A stretch of DNA of 64,000 nt from Minisyncoccota bacterium (lineage in GTDB: Bacteria; Patescibacteriota; Minisyncoccia; Phycocordibacterales; Phycocordibacteraceae), in the NCBI GenBank assembly GCA_022841985.1, contig JALHQL010000001.1:5529-69528 (forward strand), given 5' to 3'. How positions within the stretch are numbered: position 1 is the first letter of the stretch; the number at the start of each line of letters is the position of its first letter. The notes beneath the pieces are model-generated. The model made no database searches. It was not told where the DNA came from and saw only the letters and a program-made list of their open reading frames with translations. The position numbers and the translations under genes are program-made. Shown here piece after piece: positions 36,407 to 46,443 of the stretch.

Positions 36407-39178
36407 TTAGCTTTTGCTCTCCTCCTCTCTAATGGCAGCCTGTGCCGCCGCCAATCGCGCAATTGCTACGCGATATGGTGAACAACTTATATAATCCAGA
36501 CCGACCTTATGAAAGAACTCTATTGAACCCGGATCGCCGCCATGCTCACCACAAATGCCGAGCTTGATGCCGGGACGTGTTTCTCTGCCGCCGACAATAC
36601 CTTGTCTGATCAAAGTGCCGACCCCTTCTCGATCGAGCATCGCGAAAGGGTCCGCGTCCATGATCTTGTTGTTTCGATAGAAGCCAATAAACTTCGCAGC
36701 GTCGTCACGGGAAAATCCAAACGTCGTCTGAGTGAGATCATTGGTTCCAAATGAAAAGAACTCTGCTTCCTGTGCAATCTGATCGGCTGTCACGCAGGCG
36801 CGTGGTAACTCGATCATCGTTCCCACCAGATACTCTATCGTGACTCCATACCGGTCCATGGTTTCTTGCGCGACCTCGCGCACCAAGTCCTTCTGTGACT
36901 TCATCTCGGACACCATACCCACTAAAGGGATCATGATCTCCGGGACTATTTTCTTACCCTCTTTCGCCAACTGGCAAGCCGCTTCCATAATGGCGCGAAC
37001 TTGCATTCGCGTAATTTCCGGCATCGTAATCCCGAGCCGGCACCCGCGCAATCCCAACATCGGATTGAACTCATGGAGTTCCTCGACACGGGCCAGCAAA
37101 CGACGCTTCTCTTCGAGATCTGTGGGACGAGTGCCCATAAATTCCAAATGTGCGACTTCAACCATCAGATCTTCACGTTTCGGCAGAAACTCGTGCAAAG
37201 GCGGATCCAGTAATCGAATGGTTACTGGGAACCCTTCCATAACACGGTACAGCCCAATGAAGTCCTCCCTCTGCAATGACAAGAGCTGTGCAAGAAATTC
37301 CTCTCGCTCTTCCGTGGTTCGCGCGAGAATCATGCTCTGCATGATTTTGATGCGGTTTTCGGCAAAGAACATGTGCTCCGTGCGAACGAGACCAATTCCT
37401 TCCGCACCGAAGCCCCGTGCAATCTTCGCCTGATCCGGTACATCCGCATTCGCTCGCACTTTCAATTTTCTCTTGCCGTCTGCCCATGAGAGCAATGTGG
37501 AGAAAAGAGAATGTTTCTCAGATTTGCTCGGATCCAATTTCCCCTGGATGACCTGAATGACTTCAGAATCCATCACGGGAATACTGCCAGAATAGACGTG
37601 CCCCATCGAACCGTTCACAGAAATGAAATCGCCTTCGCGAAACACCTCCGAGCCGATCCTGATGGACTGCCTATTGATGACCTCAATGGCTTCACACCCA
37701 ACCACACAGACTTTACCCATCTGTCTAGCCACTACCGCTGCATGCGATGTCATGCCGCCACGAGCAGTTATAAAGCCCTCCGCGGCATTCATCCCATGAA
37801 TATCGTCGGGGCTCGTTTCCTGTCGCACCAACACCACCCGCTTACCAGAGGACTTTCTTTTAACAGCCTCCTCTGAAGTAAACACAATCTCCCCTGATGC
37901 AGCTCCCGGTCCTGCCGGCAACCCTTTGCAAAGCAGTGTAGCCTTACTCTCCTCCTTCGTATTGAAGATGGGATAGAGATACTGCTCCAACTGATCGGGA
38001 CTGACTCGCAACAACGCTTCGCGTTCCGAAATGAGTCCTTCATGGACCATGTCAATAGCGATGCGTACCGCGGCAATACCGGTCCGTTTGCCCACACGTG
38101 TTTGCAACATATAGAGCTTGCCCTCTTGAATCGTGAACTCCAAGTCGAGCATGTCACGATAGTGCCGCTCGAGAATCTTGTACGTACGTACCAGCTCCTC
38201 ATAAGCTTCCGGCACTTCCTCCATAAGGGCACTCATCGGAAGAGGGGTTCTGATGCCAGCGACGACATCTTCCCCTTGCGCATCCATCAAGCACTCCCCG
38301 AAGAACACCTTCTCACCTGAATTGGGATTGCGCGTGAACGCGACACCCGTACCACTTGTGTTTCCCATATTCCCAAAGACCATAGCCATGACATTGACTG
38401 CTGTCCCCCAGGAGTCTGGAATACCATTTAGTCGTCGGTAGGTGACAGCGCGTGCGCCATTCCAAGAAGAGAACACAGCATGAATCGCCATGTTCAACTG
38501 CTCATGCGCATCGTCTGGAAAGTTTTTTCCCGTTTCTTTCTTCACCAAGATCTTAAAACTCTCCACAAGATCGCGCAAAGATCCCACACGGAAATCGGTA
38601 TCATGCACGATTCCCATTTCCACCTTTTTGCGATTTAAAATTTCTTCAAAAAGATGTCGTGGGACTCCCATGACAATACTGCCGAACATGGCAATGAATC
38701 GACGATAACTGTCCTGCGCGAATCGCTCATTACCTGTTTTTTGGGCAAGTCCTTTTACCGTTTTCCTCGTAAGTCCGACATTCAGTACCGTGTCCATCAT
38801 CCCTGGCATGGATGCCTGGGAACCGGACCGGACTGAAAGGAGAAGGGGGTTTTCGGAATTTCCAAACTTCAGACTCATCAGGTGTTCGATTTTCTCAAGT
38901 GCTTCTTTGACCGAATCCAACATGCGGAGAGGATAGATATTCCCCCGCTTGTAATACTCAATACAAGCTTCGGTCGTGATAGTGAAGCCTGGAGGAACAG
39001 GAATCCCAAGATTGGTCATCTCTGCCAATCCTGCGCCCTTGCCGCCAAGCAATTCCCTCATACGGGCATCGCCTTCGGCTTCCCCATCACCAAAGAAATA
39101 TACCCATTTGGGAATACTTCCTTCTAACGTTGCACCGTCAAGTTCCGGAAATATACTTCCCTCTTTCCGCTGCGTCAT
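36407..39178 (-). CDS. ppdK: Pyruvate, phosphate dikinase
   Basis: 923 aa. N-terminal ATP-grasp domain. Central phosphohistidine domain GGMTSHAAVVARQMGKVCVVGC. C-terminal PEP-utilising TIM-barrel (FFSFGTNDLTQ). Confidence 0.85.
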   Translation of the reverse strand: MTQRKEGSIFPELDGATLEGSIPKWVYFFGDGEAEGDARMRELLGGKGAGLAEMTNLGIPVPPGFTITTEACIEYYKRGNIYPLRMLDSVKEALEKIEHLMSLKFGNSENPLLLSVRSGSQASMPGMMDTVLNVGLTRKTVKGLAQKTGNERFAQDSYRRFIAMFGSIVMGVPRHLFEEILNRKKVEMGIVHDTDFRVGSLRDLVESFKILVKKETGKNFPDDAHEQLNMAIHAVFSSWNGARAVTYRRLNGIPDSWGTAVNVMAMVFGNMGNTSGTGVAFTRNPNSGEKVFFGECLMDAQGEDVVAGIRTPLPMSALMEEVPEAYEELVRTYKILERHYRDMLDLEFTIQEGKLYMLQTRVGKRTGIAAVRIAIDMVHEGLISEREALLRVSPDQLEQYLYPIFNTKEESKATLLCKGLPAGPGAASGEIVFTSEEAVKRKSSGKRVVLVRQETSPDDIHGMNAAEGFITARGGMTSHAAVVARQMGKVCVVGCEAIEVINRQSIRIGSEVFREGDFISVNGSMGHVYSGSIPVMDSEVIQVIQGKLDPSKSEKHSLFSTLLSWADGKRKLKVRANADVPDQAKIARGFGAEGIGLVRTEHMFFAENRIKIMQSMILARTTEEREEFLAQLLSLQREDFIGLYRVMEGFPVTIRLLDPPLHEFLPKREDLMVEVAHLEFMGTRPTDLEEKRRLLARVEELHEFNPMLGLRGCRLGITMPEITRMQVRAIMEAACQLAKEGKKIVPEIMIPLVGMVSEMKSQKDLVREVAQETMDRYGVTIEYLVGTMIELPRACVTADQIAQEAEFFSFGTNDLTQTTFGFSRDDAAKFIGFYRNNKIMDADPFAMLDREGVGTLIRQGIVGGRETRPGIKLGICGEHGGDPGSIEFFHKVGLDYISCSPYRVAIARLAAAQAAIREEESKS

Positions 39179-39394
39179 ACGCTAGTCCTCCTTTGTATGA
39201 AGTGTAAGTGAGTGAACAAACTCGAACTCTTGGCAAACAGCACTATGCCTCCCTGTAAGATAGACGTCGTATACGCCCTCCTTTCATTCGATAGAATGTA
39301 TAGGTTTATTCACAATGTACATCGCGATATCCTCGATGACTATAGTGAAAATTATAACCATTGTCAAAATATACCCACTTTAAAAACCGCTCTA

Positions 39395-41095
39395 TTAATT
39401 CCCCGCTATTGATGCAGTCGTAGTGGACGTCCCGCCGACATACGGAGAATTTTCTGCATGCAAGGATTTAAAAAGGTCCCGCATCACATTCACCGCCTGT
39501 GACCCAGTACCGGCAGGCCCTCGTTCAAGCACAACTGTAAAAGCATATCTCGGATTTTCATAAGGAAAGAACCCAACTACCCATGAATTATCATACTGAT
39601 TACGCGTACCAGTCTCTGCCGTACCAGTCTTTGCGGCGACCGTGACGTAAGAAAGATTAATTGCCCCTGCAAGCGCGCTTGTCACCGTCTGACGCATACC
39701 TTCTCGGACAACCTGAAGTGAGGAAGCATCCACGGGTACTTCCGTATATTCTGGGGTTTGTCCGGCAAGTAACGTGGGAGTGAACAGCTTTCCGTTGTTT
39801 GCCAATGCTGCAGTCGCCCGCGCCATCTGAATCGGCGTCACCTGCACCGAGTACTGCCCGATCGATGTAAAATACGTGTCCCCAAGATACCAAGGCTCAT
39901 CGAAGGTCGATTTCTTCCATTCGGGAGTCGGAATGAGTCCTCTTGTCTCTTCTGGCACATCAATACCTGTCAAACTCCCAATGCCGAACTGCTGATACCA
40001 ATATGCAAGCCGATCTATACCAAGACCTTTTTGGTTCTTGAATCCGCCACCAACTATGTAGAAAAAAACGTCCGACGACCATGCAATTGCCTTCTTCACA
40101 TCAACAGGACCGAGAGGCTTCCAGCTTCTAAATACATACGACTTCCCGGGACGATACGGGTCAGGGATTGAAATGGAACCAGGGTCGTCAAAAATGGTCT
40201 CTGGCGTAATGATACCGTCAGTGAGTGCTCCTGCGGCAATGAATGGCTTCACGATAGACCCGGGCGCGTAGACGCCTTGCACGGCATGATCAATAAACGG
40301 ATTGCCAGGATCCTTAGAGTAACCGGCGATGATTTCAGAAGGACCTCCATTCGCCATGACATTTGGATCGTAGCTCGGATAGGAGACGATCGCCCGCACC
40401 GCGCCTGTATGCACATCCATAATCACGCCAGCTCCGCTAATGAAGCTTTTATTGCGTGCAACATCCTCAATTGCCTTTCCGAACAGTTTTTGGAGATTCG
40501 CATCAATCGATAGTTGAACGGTTTCCCCTGCTTCCGCAGGCTCCATAGTACCCTCGGAACGGATTCTGCCAAATGCATCCGTCTCAGTGAGCAATCGACC
40601 ATTCTTGCCGGCAAGGCGCGAATCATATTGCGCCTCGAGACCCGCGAGACCCGTCTGTTTCGTATCATAATAAATACCCTTTGCATCCTTCTTCGGATGC
40701 GAGGTATACCCAATGATATGACCAAAAGAAGGTGCTGGATAATTACGTCTTACACTACCATCTTCTTTCTCAATATTTTCGGCGACTACGACTCCAAAAA
40801 TATCAGTGATAACTCCTCTTGGGGCAAAAAGCGTCCTGACTTCGAGAGAATTCTGCGCACTTTCAGCGGCGAAGATGGCCCCATTGGTAATTTGAAGATG
40901 CCAAGTACGAATGATGAGGATAAGCATGAGAAGCAAAAGAGTGACACCGATCGCGAAGAATGTCCTGCGCGAAAGTGGCTTCTCTAGTCTTCCCTCAAAG
41001 CGCGATCGATCGAAACCCGGAGCATTTGAGGCATCGAGAAATATTTCATCGGGAGCAATTTCTGCATTCCATCTTTTTATGCGCCGCCATATCAT
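39395..41095 (-). CDS. mrdA: Penicillin-binding protein 2 (peptidoglycan D,D-transpeptidase MrdA)
   Basis: 566 aa. N-terminal TM anchor. Dimerisation domain. Transpeptidase motifs SxxK (GSIVKPF), SxN and KTG (AAKTGTA). Sits downstream of mreBCD. Confidence 0.75.
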   Translation of the reverse strand: MIWRRIKRWNAEIAPDEIFLDASNAPGFDRSRFEGRLEKPLSRRTFFAIGVTLLLLMLILIIRTWHLQITNGAIFAAESAQNSLEVRTLFAPRGVITDIFGVVVAENIEKEDGSVRRNYPAPSFGHIIGYTSHPKKDAKGIYYDTKQTGLAGLEAQYDSRLAGKNGRLLTETDAFGRIRSEGTMEPAEAGETVQLSIDANLQKLFGKAIEDVARNKSFISGAGVIMDVHTGAVRAIVSYPSYDPNVMANGGPSEIIAGYSKDPGNPFIDHAVQGVYAPGSIVKPFIAAGALTDGIITPETIFDDPGSISIPDPYRPGKSYVFRSWKPLGPVDVKKAIAWSSDVFFYIVGGGFKNQKGLGIDRLAYWYQQFGIGSLTGIDVPEETRGLIPTPEWKKSTFDEPWYLGDTYFTSIGQYSVQVTPIQMARATAALANNGKLFTPTLLAGQTPEYTEVPVDASSLQVVREGMRQTVTSALAGAINLSYVTVAAKTGTAETGTRNQYDNSWVVGFFPYENPRYAFTVVLERGPAGTGSQAVNVMRDLFKSLHAENSPYVGGTSTTTASIAGN

Positions 41096-41346
41096 CCCCT
41101 CATAATACTCGCTCTCAGTCGACTGCGCACGATGAATGCAATACCAGTCATAGCGGCCCCGTAGAGCGTAAAGAGCGGTAGTGTGTTCGTGTGCGGAGTG
41201 TAATAGAGAGTATCAGCGAATATACCCACGGCGAGCGGTATAAGCGGTTCCGTAAACGCTAAGACGACAGCGAAAGTGGCAGCAAATGGCCACGGAAAAA
41301 ATATGACTGATGTAAGAGTAAAAAACGTGAGGATTCCTCGCATCAT
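41092..41346 (-). CDS. mreD: Probable rod-shape protein MreD (small polytopic membrane protein)
   Basis: 84 aa, entirely hydrophobic with 2-3 TM helices. Sits between mreC and mrdA with 4-nt overlaps. Assignment is by position. Confidence 0.4.
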   Translation of the reverse strand: MMRGILTFFTLTSVIFFPWPFAATFAVVLAFTEPLIPLAVGIFADTLYYTPHTNTLPLFTLYGAAMTGIAFIVRSRLRASIMRG

Positions 41347-42197
41347 GGAGTTGAAGTTGCGAACAAAAAAGCGCCGGAATCTCCTATGCCCGTATCACGA
41401 AGTGCGACCCAAGTGATTGAAAAAAGATTCAGCACGGGTGTAATGCGCAGGACAACTCCAGGTGCCGTCGGGTCGTCATCAATACGCGTAACGGTACCAA
41501 TAGGGAGCGCACCAGGACCCGGAGCAAATACTGTATCACCGACCATTACCTTCGCAGAGCGTGCAAGTGATGCGCTCATCGCACCTCCACCGACTCCACG
41601 GATTGTGAGTGGGATATTCTCGCGTCCGACCCAGCCATGCACGACCGTATTGGGCGCGGAGAAAAGAGTTACTCGGGAAAAATCGGCAAGAACTGACGAA
41701 ACCACTCCTATTGGGACGCCGTCTGCGCCAAATGCCTCCTGACCAAGAGTGACGCCTACTTTCGTTCCAGCAGCGAGCACGAGAGTGTCGTACGGACTCT
41801 CGGGTGGGCGGGCGATAACGCCAGCAAGTATTTTTGAAATGCTCTTTCCCTCAACTCCTGAAGAACCTAGAAGTGCTGAAAGCGCCAGTTCTTTTGCGAG
41901 CAATGCTTTATTTTCGTTTGCAAGAGCGGCATTTTCATGCTTCAACTGCTCGTTATGCAGAGCAAGAACGGCCGTATCGCCAAAACTAGAGGTGATGACA
42001 AAAGTTTTTGCGGCGAGTACGTCAGCCGCGCGAAATACGGGTGAGAATATCTGCCAAAAAATATTCGGTGCAAGAAGACGTACGAGGAGCACCAAAATAA
42101 CACCCGAGCAGGCAATACTGCCCCACGAAATATTCGTGGACGATAGGAGCGCGTTACGCTTCGCTAAGAATGTCCTCTTCATTGATAAAAAAATCAA
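41343..42197 (-). CDS. mreC: Rod shape-determining protein MreC
   Basis: 284 aa. N-terminal TM helix. Coiled-coil (LALHNEQLKHENAALANENKALLAKELAL). Beta-rich C-terminal domain ending in a Gly/Val-rich segment. Confidence 0.7.
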   Translation of the reverse strand: MIFLSMKRTFLAKRNALLSSTNISWGSIACSGVILVLLVRLLAPNIFWQIFSPVFRAADVLAAKTFVITSSFGDTAVLALHNEQLKHENAALANENKALLAKELALSALLGSSGVEGKSISKILAGVIARPPESPYDTLVLAAGTKVGVTLGQEAFGADGVPIGVVSSVLADFSRVTLFSAPNTVVHGWVGRENIPLTIRGVGGGAMSASLARSAKVMVGDTVFAPGPGALPIGTVTRIDDDPTAPGVVLRITPVLNLFSITWVALRDTGIGDSGAFLFATSTP

Positions 42198-43206
42198 CGT
42201 ATGGCTCAGGATCTTCGGTTACAACCCCAGCGCCACGTACGACAGCCGTCAGTGGATCTGCGGTCACTTTGACCGGCACTCCGAGCATTTTCTCAAGGAT
42301 TTGCGGCAGACCTCGCAGGAGCGCTCCTCCGCCGAAGACGGTTACTCCGTGTTGTAAGACATCGGAAAGGAGCTCAGGCGGAGTTGCTTCAATGACTTCC
42401 TTCATGGCTTCCATAAGAGCATCAAGTGAAGGCATGATCGCCTCGCGAACATGACTATCGGTAAGCGTTATTTCGCGTGGGAGTCCTGTCGCAAAATCGC
42501 GGCCACGCACACTCTTCGAGAGAGCTTCCGAGAGCGGAATAACCGTGCCAATCGATAGCTTCACATCCTCGGCAGTACGCTCGCCGATACCGAGTTTGAA
42601 TTCGCTTCGCACGAATTCGATGATGTTGTCGTTGAAACGATCCCCAGCAATATGCGAACTCTTAGACGCAACAACACCCTTGAGCGCAATGACCGCGATA
42701 TCGGTCGTACCGCCACCGATATCAAGGACCATCGTACCGACGGCTTCAGAAACCGGCAGTTTTGCACCAATAGCGCCCGCGACCGGCTCCTCAAGAATGA
42801 TCGCCTCACGGGCACCCGCATTCTTTGCTGCATCGCGCACCGCGCGACTCTGGACGTTTGTCACACCAGTTGGCACGCCTATAACGACACGTGGACCGAA
42901 CAGCCGGGCGCGGCCACTCTGCGCTTTATTAATGAAATAGGTAAGAAGCTCTTCGGTCACTTCAAAATCCGAGATGACTCCGTGAGAAAGCGGACGCACG
43001 ACGCGGATATGTGCGGGAGTCTTCCCGAGCATCATTTTCGCTTCCTTTCCTACTGCGACGACCTGATTCGTCTTGTCATTGACCGCAACGACTGACGGCT
43101 CATTAATGACGACACCGCGACCGCGCACATATACAAGAGTGTTTGCTGTCCCTAAATCAATTGCGATGTCGCTGCTGAACAGTGCGTTTTTTGAAAATTT
43201 CGACAT
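42154..43206 (-). CDS. mreB: Rod shape-determining protein MreB (actin homologue). Start at the internal Met MSKFSKNALFSSDIAIDLGTANT; the ORF-track N-extension to 43395 overlaps proS.
   Basis: Actin-fold phosphate-1 motif IDLGTANTLVY. Adenosine motif. GGGALLRGL. About 350 aa. GGAG SD upstream of 43206. Confidence 0.9.
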   Translation of the reverse strand: MSKFSKNALFSSDIAIDLGTANTLVYVRGRGVVINEPSVVAVNDKTNQVVAVGKEAKMMLGKTPAHIRVVRPLSHGVISDFEVTEELLTYFINKAQSGRARLFGPRVVIGVPTGVTNVQSRAVRDAAKNAGAREAIILEEPVAGAIGAKLPVSEAVGTMVLDIGGGTTDIAVIALKGVVASKSSHIAGDRFNDNIIEFVRSEFKLGIGERTAEDVKLSIGTVIPLSEALSKSVRGRDFATGLPREITLTDSHVREAIMPSLDALMEAMKEVIEATPPELLSDVLQHGVTVFGGGALLRGLPQILEKMLGVPVKVTADPLTAVVRGAGVVTEDPEPYVDFFINEEDILSEA

Positions 43207-43210
43207 ACTC

Positions 43211-44455
43211 CTAGGCAAGAAGCTCCGTGCGCAACTTTTTAACAACTTCGCCATTTGCACGTTCACACACTTCGAACGTACCCGTTGCAATTGCGTCACG
43301 ACCGACCACGATACGTTTCGGAATACCAAGCAAATCACTTTCCGTAAACTTCTGTCCAACGGACATGTCGCGATCATCATAGAGGACTTCAACACCCGTT
43401 TTTACAAAATCTTCATAGAGCGCATCGGCTATTTTCGAAATGTCATCTCCTGATTTCCCAAGAGAGACGAGATGTATAGAAAACGGAGCAACACTTTCCG
43501 GCCAGACCAAACCTTTCTCGTCAGACAAGAGTTCCACAATCGTGCCCATGAGACGCGCCGGACCGATACCATAACTACCCATATACACCGAAGTTGCCTT
43601 CCCTTCGGCATTTTTGTAGGACAAACCGAGCGCATCAGAAAATTTCGTACCGAGCGTAAAGATATTCCCGACTTCTATAGCTTTCTCTTCTTTTAGATTT
43701 TCCTTGGTGATACCGCTAGTCGCATACACTTCTGAATCGTCATAGACCTCCTTATTAAGTGCGAGTTTCTTGCTGACATCTATGTATATAGTGTCCTCTC
43801 CTGCATCGCAAACAGTTTGATACTCGTGTGAATACTTACTAAAAGAACCCCCCGAAGCAAAAGTGCGATAGGTTTTATCACCGATGCCGACGCGTTTAAA
43901 AATATTTTCGTACGCGATAGCAACTTTTTCATAATACTCTTTATGACTATCCGCATCCTTTGAAAACGAATACAAATCTTTCATGATGAATTCACGCGTG
44001 CGCATAATACCTGACTTTGCACGAGTCTCATTGCGAAATTTGTTTTGAAATTGATAGATGTACCGTGGTAAATCTTTATACGAAGAGATGTGTTCGGTCA
44101 TGAGAGCCGCTAATGGTTCTTCATGTGTGTTACCAAGACCGAGCTCGCCACCGTTTTTCAAATACGTCTTAAACCAGACATCGACAACAGTATCGTCCCA
44201 ACGCCCGCTCTTTTTCCAAATTTCGGGATTTTGAAGGGTCGTCAATAGTACCTCCTCTCCTCCAATCGCGTTCATCTCTTCGCGAATGATTCCGATAATT
44301 TTATGTAACGTACGAAGACCGAGCGGAAGGAAATCGTATACTCCCGCCATCTCCTTATGGATGTAGCCGGCGCGCACGAGAAGTTGTGCATTCTTCGCCA
44401 CTTCGCCCGTAGGCGCCTCGCGCCGCGCTTTCGTGAAAAGTCTTGATTGTCTCAT
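43211..44455 (-). CDS. proS: Proline--tRNA ligase (compact bacterial-like form lacking the large INS editing domain)
   Basis: 414 aa. N-terminus MRQSRLFTKARREAPTGEVAKNAQLLVRAGYIHKEMAGVYDFLPLGLR is near-identical in pattern to bacterial ProRS (MRxSQLFxKTxKExPADxEVxSHQLLxRAG). Class II motifs 2/3. C-terminal anticodon-binding domain. Confidence 0.85.
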   Translation of the reverse strand: MRQSRLFTKARREAPTGEVAKNAQLLVRAGYIHKEMAGVYDFLPLGLRTLHKIIGIIREEMNAIGGEEVLLTTLQNPEIWKKSGRWDDTVVDVWFKTYLKNGGELGLGNTHEEPLAALMTEHISSYKDLPRYIYQFQNKFRNETRAKSGIMRTREFIMKDLYSFSKDADSHKEYYEKVAIAYENIFKRVGIGDKTYRTFASGGSFSKYSHEYQTVCDAGEDTIYIDVSKKLALNKEVYDDSEVYATSGITKENLKEEKAIEVGNIFTLGTKFSDALGLSYKNAEGKATSVYMGSYGIGPARLMGTIVELLSDEKGLVWPESVAPFSIHLVSLGKSGDDISKIADALYEDFVKTGVEVLYDDRDMSVGQKFTESDLLGIPKRIVVGRDAIATGTFEVCERANGEVVKKLRTELLA

Positions 44456-44519
44456 GCGAGCAGTATATGCCCCACACGCATTGAGTGCAAAATGAGGGAA
44501 CCTGCAAATGATTCTTTTG

Positions 44520-44592
44520 AGCCGCCTCTCGGATTTGAACCGAGGACCTTCACTTTACAAAAGTGTTGCTCTACCAACTGAGCTAAGGCGGC
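44520..44592 (-). tRNA. tRNA-Thr (anticodon UGU); CCA not encoded
   Basis: GCCGCCT-TA-GCTC-AGTTGGTA-GAGC-A-ACACT-TTTGTAA-AGTGA-AGGTC-CTCGG-TTCAAAT-CCGAG-AGGCGGC-T. Acceptor 7 bp perfect. One A-A mismatch closing the anticodon stem. Confidence 0.75.
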
Positions 44593-44598
44593 ATTCCT

Positions 44599-45006
44599 CT
44601 ACTGTATATCAGGAACTTCGGAAGGTGTCGCCTTGAGGCGACCTTTGAAATCGGACAAAGTCTTCACATACCCTCTTGCATTCTCACGCGGTACCGCATC
44701 GACTGCACGCTGAGTGCGCAGATGTCGAATAGTGCGAGTGAGGAGACGTTCAATCGCGCGCACTACCAAAAGCGAAAGGTGCGCAACATCGTGCCCAAAA
44801 CGCACAGCAAAACGATGTATCTCATCGAGAAAGAACGCGCCGAAGTCGACATGCGCAAAGATAAATGCAAGACGGACGACTTGCTGATCGAGGCGCATGC
44901 GTGCACTAGCAAAAACACGTATGCCACGACGCTCCTCGTATCCAACAAGTACAAAGAAGCCCAGGAGAAGCACGAGCGTCGTGAGAATAAATAAGAGATT
45001 CGCCAT
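44599..45006 (-). CDS. Hypothetical membrane-anchored protein (uncertain)
   Basis: 135 aa. N-terminal TM helix (LLFILTTLVLLLGFFVLVG), then a basic/His-rich region. No recognisable family. Fits the gap between tsf and tRNA-Thr. Confidence 0.25.
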   Translation of the reverse strand: MANLLFILTTLVLLLGFFVLVGYEERRGIRVFASARMRLDQQVVRLAFIFAHVDFGAFFLDEIHRFAVRFGHDVAHLSLLVVRAIERLLTRTIRHLRTQRAVDAVPRENARGYVKTLSDFKGRLKATPSEVPDIQ

Positions 45007-45011
45007 AGCGA

Positions 45012-45593
45012 CTAGCGAGAGGAGAGACGTGCGAAACGGCTCACTTCGACTCGTTCACCAAATTTTTGCGTCGCCTCATTCAAAAGATCGCGAATAGTCT
45101 TACTCTCGTCTTTGATAAAAGACTGGTCCAAAAAGACTTGGTCACGGAAGTAACTCGCCAGCTTGCCCTCAAGAATCTTTGCCCGCATCTCGGCTGGTTT
45201 GTCAGCGACCTCTTTCTCAAACACGGCGGTTGCGGCCCGCTTCGCTTCTTCCGGAATTTCATCAGACGTCGCAAAGGAAGGATTTGTTGCGGCAACGTGC
45301 ATAGCAAGGTCGCGTGCAAGTACTCCAAACTCCGGATTCTTAGCAACGAAGTCGGTCTCGCAAGACAGAAATACCATTGCACCGATGTTTCCGTCGTGCG
45401 TGTAGCTACCTATGATACCGGCAGCGAGCGAACGATCCGCCTTTTTAAGCGCAGAAGCCGCCGAATGCTTCTTGAGGATGACCGTTGCTTTCGCAATATC
45501 ACCGCCCGCTTCTTCAAGCGCTTTCTTGCACTGCATGACGGACACTCCCGTTGCTTCCCGCAATTCTTTTATGCTGTCAGTGGTAATTTCCAT
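45012..45593 (-). CDS. tsf: Elongation factor Ts (short form). Start at the internal Met MEITTDSIKELR.
   Basis: UBA-like N-terminus ELREATGVSVMQCKKALEEAGGDIAKA. EF-Ts core (TDFVAKNPEF). About 193 aa. Downstream of rpsB. Confidence 0.85.
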   Translation of the reverse strand: MEITTDSIKELREATGVSVMQCKKALEEAGGDIAKATVILKKHSAASALKKADRSLAAGIIGSYTHDGNIGAMVFLSCETDFVAKNPEFGVLARDLAMHVAATNPSFATSDEIPEEAKRAATAVFEKEVADKPAEMRAKILEGKLASYFRDQVFLDQSFIKDESKTIRDLLNEATQKFGERVEVSRFARLSSR

Positions 45594-45695
45594 AGGTATT
45601 AAAAAATAATAACACACCGTAACTTACTACCAAACGAGCGCGCGAAATAATGAGATTATTATTTCATTATTTTGAGCAAGCTTTGTCTGCAAAGC

Positions 45696-46394
45696 TTACG
45701 CCGCCTGCCCCTTCAAGAATGCTTCGGTAAGCTCGGTAAGGATAAGCCGCACCGTCTCGCGCGATGTGTCGTTTGCGACTATTGGATACGCCGCCTCACG
45801 GAGATTGCAGTCCGAACTCATGATGGCAATGATAGGGATACCCGCATCGTTTGCCTCCTTGACCGCATGCTTCTCGTGCTTCGTATCAACAACAAGAAGC
45901 GCATCCGGCCGTTTCGTAAGCGTCGTGATGCCATCGAGACGTTCTTCGAGACGTTTCTTCTCGCGGCCGATGTATACGAGCTCAAGTTTCGTATGCTGCT
46001 TTGCGAGCGTACCTGCAGCACCCTTTTCAGAGAGTTCCGCGAGTCGCTCAATGCGCTTCTTGATTTCATTCCAATTGGAGATGGTGCCTCCAAGCCAGCG
46101 TGCGGCAACGAAAGGTGCAGAAATGTCCTGCGCCGCTTTTTTCACGAACGCGGCAATCTCAACTTTCCCGCCGACAAAAAGAATTGTCTTGCCTTCCTTT
46201 GCAAGGGTCGACATAACGGTCTTGGCCGCTTCGAGCTGTTCGGACGTCTTTACAAGGTCTATGATCTCTTGCCGCCCCTTCATGCCCACTAGAAAAGGCT
46301 TCATCGAGGGGTGCCGGCGACTCTTTACCTGCGCAAAATGCGCCCCCGTGTCAAAGAGGCGTTTAAACTCAGTCGCATCGCTCCCGGTAGTCAT
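45696..46394 (-). CDS. rpsB: 30S ribosomal protein S2
   Basis: 232 aa. AHFGHQ-like N-terminal region (GAHFAQVKSRRHPSMKPF). Conserved PDALLVVD...ANDTS. Confidence 0.9.
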   Translation of the reverse strand: MTTGSDATEFKRLFDTGAHFAQVKSRRHPSMKPFLVGMKGRQEIIDLVKTSEQLEAAKTVMSTLAKEGKTILFVGGKVEIAAFVKKAAQDISAPFVAARWLGGTISNWNEIKKRIERLAELSEKGAAGTLAKQHTKLELVYIGREKKRLEERLDGITTLTKRPDALLVVDTKHEKHAVKEANDAGIPIIAIMSSDCNLREAAYPIVANDTSRETVRLILTELTEAFLKGQAA

Positions 46395-46443
46395 GTGGGA
46401 CTACAGTACTTTGAAATCAAGCGAAATGCAAGCACCGGAGATA

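Noticed and set aside
36840-37433. 197-aa plus-strand ORF inside ppdK, and similar ORFs at 37511-38320
   Set aside because: Antisense, Ser/Arg-rich.
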